Shown here: positions 1-11,810 of the stretch, one piece after another | How positions within the stretch are numbered: position 1 is the first letter of the stretch | How the letters are laid out: the number at the start of each line of letters is the position of its first letter | Source: Rebecca billardiae RCC1528 | Lineage: Eukaryota; Protista; Haptophyta | DNA length: 64,000 nucleotides | NCBI GenBank assembly: GCA_965240325.2 | Contig: OZ251232.1 | Span: forward strand, 2,170,001 to 2,234,000 | Direction of reading: 5' to 3' | Notes under the pieces: model-generated | What the model saw: only the letters and a program-made list of their open reading frames with translations | Databases searched by the model: none | Told to the model about the DNA's origin: nothing | Translations under genes and position numbers: made by a program

Positions 1-85
1 CCCTGCGCCGGCCCGCGATGATGCCGGTCCGGGACTCTGCCGTGCGCAGTCCGTCATCTGCGCCCGGCCGCGCCGTCGACACTCG

Positions 86-88
<3 letters not shown>

Positions 89-180
<92 letters not shown>
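89..180. repeat. (TA)n microsatellite
   Basis: Long near-perfect AT dinucleotide run seen directly. Confidence 0.95.
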
Positions 181-244
181 GAATAAATAATACATATAAT
201 ATCAGACTAAATCGACGACAGGCAGGGCTCCGCCGGTCGTCGAG

Positions 245-1625
245 TCACGTTGAACTCCAAACGCAGCGCAGCTTCTGCTCGCCGTCCCGGCGAGCCTGCG
301 GTTGGCAACGGCCAATCCAATCGCCTCTGGTGGCGCAGCGCTTCGACCCGTCCCATTGCCGCCCGGCCCTGTACACCGCGCACTTGACCGGGTTCTGCAG
401 CGCGCAGTTGCTCGCGCCGTTCTCCTGCGCGAGCTCGCCGATCTTCTCCGCCTCGTCGTTGAACGTCTTCTGCAGCCGGCACTCGTACGAGGGGAGGCCG
501 ATGCCGGGCGCCTTGCACGAGCCGGCCATCACCAGCTGGTCGGGCGTCGCGTAGTACGCCGCCGGGGCCGCGTCCCCAAAGTCGCACTCGCCCACGACCT
601 GCGTGAGGCGCGAGGCGCAGGCGCACGCACGCACACGCGCGCGCGCACACACACACATACGGCGCGGGGGTGTCAGCCTGCTACCAGCCAGCCACGCAGC
701 CAGCGCGCGGGGCGCGTGTTGCTCGCACGCAGGCGCCGTGCCCGCTGGAGCGCGCGCGGCGGCCGCGCGCGCTCGGGTGCACCCGCCATCGCACCGTCTG
801 CAGCGTCTCCTTGACCCGCGGCGATTGCCGGATCGCAGCGTTCAGCGCGCCGCCGCACAGACGGTTTGCGAACGGCGCCTCCACCGTGCACACGTAGTAT
901 GTGAAGCGATCGCGGCCCTCGACGTCCTCGGCGCTGACGGTGACGTTGGGGAGGCCCGCCGCGTCGAGCGCCTCGACGACCGCGGCCTGCAGCACCTCCG
1001 CCCACTCGTCCACCAGCCCGCTGTCCGCGTTGAGCCCGGTGAGCAGGTCGTCCTCCGCCTGGTCAAACTCGGCATCGTCCGCGCCGTCCTTCGCCTTGAG
1101 CGTGACGGTTACGCCGACTTTTGTATCCAGCCTGCGCCGCGGCGCGGCGTCGGCGTGCGGCCCGGCGCCGGCCGAGGCGGACGCGGCCGCCTCGCCCGCC
1201 GTGCCCAGCAGCGCGCGCCGCCGCCGGCCGTCCGCCTTGCGCCCGTCGTCGTCCACCTCGACGCCGCCGTCGAGCTTGCCGTTGATGGCGTCCTTCAGCG
1301 TGCTGTAGATGTCGGACGAGCTGTCGTCGAGCCCGTCCTCGAAGGTGGTGGCGGCGCTGTCTGAGGCGAAGACGAGGTTGAAGCCCATCTCTGGCGCCGG
1401 ATCGCTCTCGGGCGGCGCCACCAGCTCGGGCGGGTTCTTGGACTCGACGTCCAGCCAAGAGGTGCCGACGATGATCAGGATGACGAGGATGATGATCGGG
1501 GTGAGGCAGCACCAGAGCAGGCCGCACTTGGGGCTCGGCGTGCAGCAGAGCTCCTTGCACTGCGCGCCGCGCGACGTTGGCTCGCCCTCGATCTGCAAGG
1601 GCTTCTCGCCCGGCACGGCGCTCAT
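245..1625 (-). CDS. Hypothetical single-pass membrane protein with Cys-rich C-terminal region (2 exons)
   Basis: ATG at 1625 (MSAVPGEK); hydrophobic segment LLWCCLTPIIILVILIIVG; GT-AG intron 794-599 joins ...ETLQT to VVGECDFG... in frame; TGA at 245-247; strong G/C third-position bias. Confidence 0.7.
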
Positions 1626-2760
1626 CTTTACTATGGCGCCCGCGGACGGCGGGGCGGCCGGGTCGTCAATGACGACGACGATGACGAAACGAACGGGGTT
1701 CCCTCCGATCAATATTCCCGCCCGAAGTTTGTAGTTCGGGGGAATTTTTCGGGCAGCGCCAGCCGCCGCCAGCCAGCCAGCTGGCTCGAGCAGCAAGCGC
1801 GTACGCGACCGCCCGGGGAGCACGGGGCAGGCTCGACCAGCTGCTACCCGCGGCTGAGACTGCCAGCTGACATCCGGACCTGCACTTTCGCCCTTGCTCG
1901 GGGCACAGCAGGTCCATGCGAGCCGCGCAGCGCAGGTGGATCGCGCTTCAGCAGCTCAAGGCCGCGCTCAAGCTTTACGATCGCGGTGCAGGCTATGCTC
2001 TGCCACCAACGCCGACTTCGTGTCGACGATCGGGCACTGCCGCCGACGAATCAGGAGACCCGCGTCGTCCTACCTGTGTCGTTAAATCATAGAATGAGTC
2101 TGCAGCCAAGCCGTTACACGGCACCCTCCGCCTCCGGCGGAGGGTGCCGTGTGCCCAGCCGCGGTCGATGATCGATCCGAATTCTGGCCAGTCGTACCAG
2201 TAGCCGCTGGGGGCTGGGTCTGGGACCGTTCTATTAGCACCCGTCCGCACACAGTGAATGCCACAGTCATCCTGCACAGGAATCTTCACTCTAGCTACAT
2301 CAGTCAGACTCGATCCGTCTTATGAGTTATGACTAATGACAGACGAATCTATTATATATATAATGGTCCCACTGCCCCGGGCCGCTGGGCCGGCCAAGGG
2401 CGGGCCCATCGTGCCACTCGTGGCTCACAATCGCATGCTCGCCACCTATAACCTGACGGTCCCGTGTCGATACGGAGGCGGAGCCCCGCCCGCGCCGGCG
2501 CCGCCGCGCCCGCCGGCCCGGGCCCGCCGGCTCCGCACTGGCGTCGAGTGACGGTGAGCCAGTGCCATTCGGATGATTGATGAATATCCTGACTGGCATC
2601 CGGAGCCGCACTGAGTCTGAGGTGCCGAGGCGCGGGACGCCGGACGGGAGTCGGGACTACTCCCGCCGCCCGGGCCCCCCGATCCGGCCGATCCCGCGGG
2701 CGCGGGCCGCCAATCGCCATCAACATTATTTTATATTTGATGGCGAAGATATATACTACT

Positions 2761-3064
2761 GCTGCTCGCCGCTAGGTCGGCGGGCGGCGACATCGACTAC
2801 GACCTCACCCTCATCCAAGTGCTCCGGAAGGCGCTCGGCCGCGGCGGCATCTGCCGTCACCGCCGCGTGCCCCAGGCCGAGGCCGTGCCGCTGGCCATCC
2901 CGGGGCCCGCTCGGACCGTAGGTAGGTAGGTAGGGCGGGCGGCAGGGCCGTGCCGGGTGGCCGGGTGGCGCACTGCCTGACCTGGTCGGAAGGCGCGGAC
3001 GCATTCTATGTGTCTGCTGCACTCTGAGCCGCTGACGCTTGCCCGTTGCATACCACGTCCTTAA
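2761..3064 (+). repeat. Dispersed repeat copy 1 (microsatellite-tailed element)
   Basis: Closely similar to 5864-6148; ends GCCCGTTGCATACCACGTCCTTAA directly before a (CA)n tract. Confidence 0.8.
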
Positions 3065-3087
3065 ACACACACGACATCACACACACT

Positions 3088-3133
<46 letters not shown>

Positions 3134-3193
3134 TGACGGACACACTCGCACACACAATATATATATATTCAGATGTGTGTGTGTACGAGTACT

Positions 3194-3230
<37 letters not shown>

Positions 3231-3270
3231 GTGTCTGTGTGTGTGTGATGTGTGTGATTGTGTGTGTGTA
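3065..3270. repeat. Compound (CA)n-(TA)n-(TG)n microsatellite
   Basis: CA runs, then a short TA run, then TG runs. Confidence 0.9.
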
Positions 3271-3745
3271 GGGTCGTCATCGTCCGAATATAAGCAGCTA
3301 GCGCAGGATCCGCGCCCGCGGCCCGGCCTGATGCAGACAGAGAGAGAGTCTGATTGCAGGTGCCCGCCGAGTCCGGAGTCCGCCGGTCCGGGATCCTAAG
3401 ACCTGCTAATCCGGTCAGACCGAGACAGACGCGATGAGGCCGACATATACTGTAGTCGGTTTATACTCATGTCACATGGCCATCAGGCGGCCATCATGGT
3501 AGGCCGGCAATGACAACCCGCCAAAACGGCATAGCAATCATATGTCATCACTGTCAGATCCGACCGCGAATGCGATAAGTCGGTCGTCAATCGGGTCCGC
3601 GCGGATGAGTCACCTGGCGGCGCCGGCGACTGGTCGCTGCAACGGCGGTCTGCCGGACAGCACTGACTGCTGTGCAAGATCTGCTCCTACTACTGCGGGG
3701 GCGCGGCCGGATCTGCCACGCTCGAAGGCCGCTCATCGCGCGCAC

Positions 3746-4755
3746 TCACGCGGCGGTCGCCCACTTGCCCCTCTTGTTCGGCGGCAGCGCGGGTGGAGAT
3801 ACAATCTCGTCTTGGGGACCAGGCTCATCGAGGGAGCTTGGCGGCGAGGAGGCACGGTCGTGCGCGCCGGGCTGGTCGTGGAGGCCCTGCTCGAGCACGG
3901 CGCGCTTGCTGCCGGCGATTGCCATCGCCTCGGGCGGTAGGCACGGCGTAGGCTTCAGCTGCGGCGAGACGAGGCACGAGTTGTACCCTTCGCAGAACTT
4001 CTCGAGGTCGCGAACGTCCGCTGCGCGCCGAGCGCGTGCGGGGAGCGCGCGCGGAGGCCGGCGCGCGTGAGGAAGCGGGCGGCGCGGCGGGCGCGGCGCC
4101 GCGGGCACGCGCACGCGCGCGTACCCGAGGACACCTCGACGTGCACGCGCTTCGACGCCACCAGGTCGAGCGCCTGCTGCGCGGAGAAGACGCCTCCGGA
4201 GTCGATGGCGAGCACGGCCGAGCACACGATCACGCTCGGGCCGTTGCCGCTGCCGCAGCAGACGAGCGCCGGTCTGCGCGAGGAGAGGAAGGCGCAGCAG
4301 CTCTCGAGCTGCTCGCGGAGCGACTCGCCCTTCCCCGAGCACTGGTTGATCACCACGGTGTGGTACTCGATGCCGTCAGCCTTCCAAAGTGGGTCCACCT
4401 CCTGCGACGCGATCGTGACGATCGCCTTGATGCCAAGCTGCAGCATCACGAGGCGCGACTCGGAGGCGGAGAGGTCGCCGAGCCAGACGTTCTGGTCCGA
4501 GACCTTGACCAGGTCGCGCACCCCAAACTCGGCGTGCACGCACTCGGCCAGGTCGAGCGCCACGTCCTCGCCGCCGCCGTCGAGCGCGCCCGGCAGGTCG
4601 CACTGCGAGGCCGCGTGCTGCCAGAAGGGCAGGTCCTCGACGGAGGGCAGTTCGAACTGGTCCTTGTAGTCGGTCGTGCGGATGCCCGCGCGCAGGCACT
4701 CGACCAAGGCGTTGAGCTTCTCGGGCGGCCAGAAGTCGAGCTCGAGATCGGCCAT
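3746..4755 (-). CDS. Dual-specificity phosphatase-fold protein, probably catalytically impaired (2 exons)
   Basis: ATG 4755 (MADLELDFW); DSP-like motifs NVWLGDLSAS, LGIKAIVTI, ALVCCGSGNGPSVIVCSAVL, AQQALDLVASKR; intron 4124-4021 restores the frame to ADVRDLEKF; stop at 3746. Confidence 0.75.
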
Positions 4756-5863
4756 CGGGCGTCGCTCGGGGTGTAGTCGAGCGGGCGGGCGTCGCTCGGC
4801 AGTGGACGGGCGGGTAGCGGGTTTCGGACGCTCGATTCGGGCCGGTGCACGGCGAGATTTTTCAGCAGATTGTTTTTCGGCCAATCACTGCGCAGCGGCA
4901 GAGCAGCGGTGAGAGCGGAGGCATTGGCGCTGGCAAGAAAGTCCGGGCGTGCAACGCCAAGGCCCAAGTGCCACTGTGACTTGTTAGTTTTTATTTGTGT
5001 TTTGTGACGAGAGCTGTGCAGACAGCCTCCCCTGTCCCCACCGCATCAGCTCAGCCTGGGGCTGGGACTGGGCAGGCCTGGCCGGTGCGGAGCTCCGCTC
5101 ACCCCTTCCCAGCACCATTGCTGCTCGCCCTTCTTACCCCTCTGCCCAGGCTGCCCACTGCATCATGTCTTACATCGGATCCGCGATGATGCTGCCAACA
5201 GTACAGTTTACTATATGATTTAACGTGCAACAGTACATGAGTACTCTCAGTAATCGCCCTCGAAGCGGCTGAGTCAGAGTACTCAACCGACCCGCTGGTC
5301 ATCCGAATAATTCCGAATTATCATCATGCGTGTAATAATTGTCAATATTATTGTGGGACGAATGTCGTCGGTCGGTCGCGTCGGGCCGTCGTGGGCTCCG
5401 GTGGCCCGCGTCCCCGTGGCAGTGACCTCGGATGACGTCGGGCGCCGCCTGCCGGCGTGCCGCGGCTGCCGCGTGACGCGGCAGAGCGCAGGCCAGCGTC
5501 AGAGCACTATAAGGCCAGGTCGGCGCAGGTCCGGCGGGGTGCCCAGCGGGCGCAGCGCGGCAGCGGTCGCGGACAGCCGCAGCGGCGCGCTGCCGCGGCC
5601 CGTGTTGCCCGGACGGCCCAGCAATAAAGTCAAACGGCCACACCGGACCGCACCCGCGGTGCCAGCAGCGTCAAGGCCCCGACTGGCAGCAAGCGCACGG
5701 CCCGAGTCAGCAGACGCAGGCCTGCCAATAAATATATATAATATATATTATAATTATACACATATTGGCCGGCGCGCGGCGACGCGTACTCTACGACCTC
5801 ATCCTCATCCAGGCCGCCCACGCGGGCGCACGGGGGCGACAGCCGCGGCTGCCGCTTGCCGGA

Positions 5864-6145
5864 GCTACTCGCCGCTAGGTCGGCGGGCGGCGACATCGAC
5901 GACGACTACGACCTCACCCTCATCCAAGTGCTCCGGAAGGCGCTCGGCCGCGGCGGCATCTGCTGTCGCCGCCGCGTGCCCCAGGCCGAGGCGGTGCTCC
6001 GCACCCTGGCCCCGCTCCCGTAGGGGGGCAGGGCTGCGGGTGGCGCACTGTCTGACCTGGACGGAGTGGACGGAAGGCGCGGACGCATTCTATGATGTGT
6101 CTGCTGCACTCTGAGCCTGACGCTTGTTCGTTGCTGCCACGTCGT

Positions 6146-6148
<3 letters not shown>
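5864..6148 (+). repeat. Dispersed repeat copy 2 (microsatellite-tailed element)
   Basis: Matches 2761-3064; ends CCACGTCGTTAA directly before (AT)n. Confidence 0.8.
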
Positions 6149-6202
<54 letters not shown>

Positions 6203-6292
6203 GTGTCACTGATCATCAGTATTAATATATATAATATCGCGATTAATTCAATATATATATATATATGCCCGTTGCATACCACGTCGTTAATA

Positions 6293-6365
<73 letters not shown>
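6149..6365. repeat. (TA)n/(TG)n microsatellite field containing a 25-bp repeat terminus at 6266-6290
   Basis: Seen directly. Confidence 0.9.
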
Positions 6366-6369
<4 letters not shown>

Positions 6370-7408
6370 CCTCCTGCACAAAGATTGAAGCGGCGCCAAT
6401 CGATGTGTATATATACTTGTGTGAGGTGGGGATTTGTCCCTGGATGACGGGAAGAGCGACTGAGCCGACGGTGCCAAAGCTGCGCGCAGACTGCGCCAGC
6501 GTGTGGCAGCAAGGTCCCTGGCTCAGGCGAGCATAGCACTCACAGGCCTGACAACAGCAAGCTCGTCAACCACAACGGAGGCTGCAGGGGCGGATGGCGG
6601 GTTGAGCGACGAGCGAGCGAGCACGAGCAAAGAAGCACGCGACGGCGAAGGAGATGGGGCCTCGTTTGCTGATGATGAGGCAAGGGGCCGACTGGCAGTA
6701 ACTGATGAGCAGCTTGTGAGCTCGGCGCGAAAGGTCGTAAAGTGCCGATTTGTGTGAGCTCGACTGGTTAGTTGCTTGATGAACTGGAAAGCTGCCACTC
6801 GGATGACTGCAGATGATCTTGGATATGATCTCGAGCGCCGTACCAGCACGAAGCAACTACCTGCAGGATCAGGTAGACGATGGAGGCCCTTGGCCTTGGC
6901 TGTCACGACACTGCGACGCATCACCTTCCAGCCTCCCGACACATTCGGTTATAACTGCGTTATAACGCCACGTGTCCTCCTGCACAAAGATTGAAGCGGC
7001 GCCAATCGATGTGTATATATACTTGTGTGAGGTGGGGATTTGTCCCTGGATGACGGGAAGAGCGACTGAGCCGACGGTGCCAAAGCTGCGCGCAGACTGC
7101 GCCAGCGTGTGGCAGCAAGGTCCCGTTTGTGAGCAGGAGAGATCCCGTTGAGGATGAGGGCGCTGCAGCGAGATGCTGGAGGCGAGCGACACGGAGGAGG
7201 CCGAAGGTGGCGAGGTGGCACGTCCTCGTGTTTTTTTTGGTTTTTTTTTTTTGGGTAGGTTGTGTGTGTCCTGTGCGCGCGCGCGCGCACGCGCGCGCCG
7301 GTGCGTTGGGCAGAAAAGCCAGAGGCAGCAGCCCCAGCCAGACGGGCAGAAAAGCCTGCAGCAGCTGGATGGGGCAGCTGCTTTCCGCCGAGCATTTGCA
7401 TGCTCCAC

Positions 7409-8752
7409 TGAACAGGAACAAAACAAAGTCACCTGGGCAGAAAAGCTCGGGCCAGTAGGGCAGAAAAGCCTGGGGCAGCTGCGAAGGGGCCGCCCCCCGC
7501 CGAGCATATGCATGCTGCGGAACTGGAACAAAACAAAGTCACCTGGGCAGAAAAGCCCGGGCCAGTCGGGCAGAAAAGCCCGGAGCAGCCGCGGAGGGGC
7601 CGCCCCCCGCCGAGCATACGCATGCTGCGGAACTGGAACAAAACAAAGTTACCCGGGCAGAAAAGCCCGGGCCAGTCGGGCAGAAAAGCCCGGGGCAGCC
7701 GCGAAGGGGCCGCCCCCCGCCGAGCATACGCATGCTGCGGAACTGGAACAAAACAAAGTTACCCGGGCAGAAAAGCCCGGGCCAGTCGGGCAGAAAAGCC
7801 CGGGGCAGCCGCGAAGGGGCCGCCCCCCGCCGAGCATATGCATGCTGCGGAACTGGAACAAAACAAAGTCACCCGGGCAGAAAAGCCCGGGCCAGTCGGG
7901 CAGAAAAGCCCGGGGCAGCCGCGAAGGGGCCGCCCCCCGCCGAGCATACGCATGCTGCGGAACTGGGACAAAACAAAGTTACCCGGGCAGAAAAGCCCGG
8001 GCCAGTCGGGCAGAAAAGCCCGGGGCAGCCGCGAAGGGGCCGCCCCCCGCCGAGCATATGCATGCTGCGGAACTGGAACAAAACAAAGTTACCCGGGCAG
8101 AAAAGCCCGGGCCAGTCGGGCAGAAAAGCCCGGGGCAGCCGCGAAGGGGCCGCCCCCCGCCGAGCATACGCATGCTGCGGAACTGGAACAAAACAAAGTC
8201 ACCCGGGCAGAAAAGCCCGGGCCAGTCGGGCAGAAAAGCCCGGGGCAGCCGCGAAGGGGCCGCCCCCCGCCGAGCATACGCATGCTGCGGAACTGGAACA
8301 AAACAAAGTTACCCGGGCAGAAAAGCCCGGGCCAGTCGGGCAGAAAAGCCCGGGGCAGGGGAAGGGGCCGCCCCCCGCCGAGCATATATGCATGCTGCGG
8401 AACTGGAACAAAACAAAGTCACCCGGGCAGAAAAGCCCGGGCCAGTCGGGCAGAAAAGCCCGGGGCAGCCGCGAAGGGGCCGCCCCCCGCCGAGCATACG
8501 CATGCTGCGGAACTGGAACAAAACAAAGTCACCCGGGCAGAAAAGCCCGGGCCAGTCGGGCAGAAAAGCCCGGGGCAGCCGCGAAGGGGCCGCCCCCCGC
8601 CGAGCATATATGCATGCTGCGGAACTGGAACAAAACAAAGTCACCCGGGCAGAAAAGCCCGGGCCAGTGGGGCAGAAAAGCCCGGGGCAGCCGCGAAGGG
8701 GCCGCCCCCCGCCGAGCATACGCATGCTGCGGAACTGGAACAAAACAAAGTC
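7409..8752. repeat. 110-bp tandem minisatellite, about 12 copies
   Basis: AACAAAACAAAGT recurs every 110 bp (one unit 112 bp); units near identical. Confidence 0.95.
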
Positions 8753-8799
8753 GCCAAAACCAAGTGCCAGTCAGGCAGAGAACGTCGCTGACTGAGCAG

Positions 8800-10137
8800 T
8801 GTCGAGGCAGGAGCGCTGCGGCAGCGAGCGCGCCGGCGGGGCGGCCGCAGGCCGTTGTTGAGCTGCGCGAGCGCGCGCTCGCCCTGCTGCGGGCGAGCGG
8901 CAGCGAGCGGCGGTGCGAATGGAGCGTGCGGCGAGCACGGCCACGCCGAGTGCGAGCGGCACCGCCACCGCGCGCCGAGGAGGCAGCAGCGGGCGGCGAG
9001 CTGTCGAGGCCGGAGCGCGGCGGCGGCGAGCGCGGCGGCGGCGCTGCAGCAGGCTGTGTCGAGCTGCGCGAGCGTGCGCTCACCCTGCTGCGGGCGAGCG
9101 GCAGCAAAAGCGAGCGGCGGCGCGAATGGAGCGTGCGGCGAGCACGGCCACGCCGAGTGCACGCGGCACCACCACCGCGTGCTGTGGCGGCAGCAGGCGC
9201 AGCGGGCAGCGAGCCGTCGAGGCAGGAGCGCGGCAGCAGCGAGCGCGGCGGCAGTGTGGCAGCAGGCTGTTGTTGGGCTGCGCGAGTGCGCGCTCGCCCT
9301 GCTGCGGGCGAGCGGCAGCGAGCGGCGGCGCGAATGGAGCGTGCGGCGAGCACGGCCACGCCGAGTGCAAGCGGCACCACCACCGCGTGCTGTGGCGGCA
9401 GCAGGCGCAGCGGGCAGCGAGCCGTCGAGGCAGGAGCGCGGCAGCAGCGAGCGCGGCGGCAGTGTGGCAGCAGGCTGTGTCGAGCTGCGCGAGCGTGCGC
9501 TCACCCTGCTGCGGCCGAGCGGCAGCAAAAGCGAGCGGCGGCGCGAATGGAGCGTGCGGCGAGCACGGCCACGCCGAGTGCAAGCGGCACCACCACCGCG
9601 TGCTGTGGCGGTAGCAGGCGCAGCGGGCAGCGAGCCGTCGAGGCAGGAGCGCTGCAGCAGCGAGCGCGGCGGCAGTGTGGCAGCAGGCTGTTGTTGGGCT
9701 GCGCGAGTGCGCGCTCGCCCTGCTGCTGGCGAGCGGCAGCGAGCGGCGGGGCGAATGGAGCGTGCGGCGAGCACGGCCACGCCGAGTGCAAGCGGCACCA
9801 CCACCGCGTGCTGTGGCGGCAGCAGGCGCAGCGGGCAGCGAGCCGTCGAGGCAGGAGCGCGGCAGCAGCGAGCGCGGCGGCAGTGTGGCGGCCGGCTGTT
9901 GTTGGGCTGCGCGAGTGCGCGCTCACCCTGCTGCGGGCGAGCGGCAGCAAAGGCGAGCGGCGGCGCGAATGGAGCGTGCGGCGAGCACGGCCACGCCGAG
10001 TGCACGCGGCACCACCACCGCGTGCTGTGGCGGCAGCAGGCGCAGCGGGCAGCGAGCCGTCGAGGCAGGAGCGCGGCAGCAGCGAGCGCGGCGGCAGTGT
10101 GGCAGCAGGCTGTTGTTGGGCTGCGCGAGTGCGCGCT
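8800..10137. repeat. ~210-bp tandem repeat, about 6.4 copies, alternating 213/208-bp units
   Basis: GTCGAGGC anchors at 8801, 9003, 9216, 9424, 9637, 9845 and 10059. Confidence 0.9.
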
Positions 10138-10504
10138 TTGAGCGACGAGCGAGCGAGCACGAGCAAAGAAGCACGCGACGGCGAAGGAGATGGGGCCTCG
10201 TTTGCTGATGATGAGGCAAGGGGCCGACTGGCAGTAACTGATGAGCAGCTTGTGAGCTCGGCGCGAAAGGTCGTAAAGTGCCGATTTGTGTGAGCTCGAC
10301 TGGTTAGTTGCTTGATGAACTGGAAAGCTGCCACTCGGATGACTGCAGATGATCTTGGATATGATCTCGAGCGCCGTACCAGCACGAAGCAACTACCTGC
10401 AGGATCAGGTAGACGATGGAGGCCCTTGGCCTTGGCTGTCACGACACTGCGACGCATCACCTTCCAGCCTCCCGACACATTCGGTTATAACTGCGTTATA
10501 ACGC

Positions 10505-10507
<3 letters not shown>

Positions 10508-10561
<54 letters not shown>

Positions 10562-10563
10562 GC

Positions 10564-10644
<81 letters not shown>
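10508..10644. repeat. (TA)n microsatellite
   Basis: Seen directly; interrupted once by CACGCCACACAC. Confidence 0.95.
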
Positions 10645-10646
<2 letters not shown>

Positions 10647-10787
10647 TCATCGTCGCACTATACCGTCAGCGCAATAATGTGTCGTCACGGGTCCGTCATC
10701 ACGGTATTAGTTACTGCTGTGTCACGGGCGGCCGATCGGGCGACGTCGACGCGGCACAGCGCCAGCGGCAGTCTCCGGGTGGATGCG

Positions 10788-11763
10788 TCAGAAGCCCCGG
10801 AAGAACGCAGGCGGCGGCCGCCACCGCCGGCGCCGATCCCGGGGACCCCGGCCAGCTACCGCCGCCGCGTCCGCCACAGCGTCTGCCGATGTGTTCGAGC
10901 CGCCACTGCCACTAGCCGTGCCGTGCGCATTTGCAGCGCGCGCGGCGGCGCGCGCCGGCGCGGGCGCCGAGTCGCCGCTCTGCTGAGACGGTTCGCTGGC
11001 ACCGGCTGGCGCGGCGGCTGGGCGCGATCGCATGCGCCTGCCAGGCGGCCTGCCCGCTCGCTGTGGCCCGTCCGGCGCGCGCGGCGCCGGCGCGCTCGAC
11101 GTGGCCGTGGCCATCGCCCCGTCCGCCACGCCCTGGGCCGCGCCCGGCGCAGCTGCGCCTCCGCCGGTGTCGACCGCAGCGCCCTCAGCCGCGGCCGGCG
11201 CGCCCGCGCCGCGGCGGCGACCGCCGTGCCGCGCGCGTTGCCGGCGCGCCGCGCGCCCAGCGCGCCGCGCGGCCGGCGCCGCGGCCGATGCCGCCGGCTG
11301 CGAGCTCGCCACCTCGTGCTCCCGGCCGAGGGCGTCCGCGACGAGCGCCTCGTGCGGGGCGGCCTGCAGCATCGGCGAGCGCATCGACAGCGCGCGCAAC
11401 GCGTCGAGCATGCCCGTGAGCCCGCTGTCGGGTATCGGCTCGTCCTCCTCCCCCGCGCTCGGTGGCTGCGCCGCGCCGCGCCGCTGCCCGCGGCCGCGCC
11501 GCCGGCCGCGCCGCGCCCGGCCGGCTGGTCCACGCAGGGCCTCCTCGCGAATGCGCCCGCTGGCGATCAGCGAGAGGGTCGTCAGCGCGCCCGTCACGTG
11601 CGACAGGACTGCTGACGTCCCGCCCTCCCTCGCGTGCGCGCGGGACCGCGGCGCGGGCTGGGCGCCGTGGTTGCGAGCGGGGCCGCCGTCGGCGGCGGCG
11701 CGACGCCGTGCGCCGAAGCGCGCGACCTCCTCGTCGCCGCCCCCGCCGCTCTCCTCGTCCTCC

Positions 11764-11810
<47 letters not shown>

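Larger units (their letters stand above)
6366..10507. mobile_element. Putative non-autonomous element present as two head-to-tail units (A-B 6366-6971; A-minisatellites-B 6972-10507) within (TA)n
   Basis: 153-bp block A at 6366-6518 and 6972-7124; 370-bp block B at 6602-6971 and 10138-10507; microsatellite on both flanks; no credible coding capacity. Confidence 0.7.

Noticed and set aside
7409-8752. CRISPR-like periodicity
   Set aside because: Whole units are near identical with no unique spacers, there are no cas genes, and the context is eukaryotic.
7173-10478. Long ORFs (540, 427, 853, 583 aa) across the arrays
   Set aside because: They are translations of stop-poor tandem repeats in several frames at once, with no domain signal.
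6602-10507. Block B copies as the LTRs of a retrotransposon
   Set aside because: Block A also precedes the first B and no PBS, PPT or pol is visible; head-to-tail units explain the layout better.
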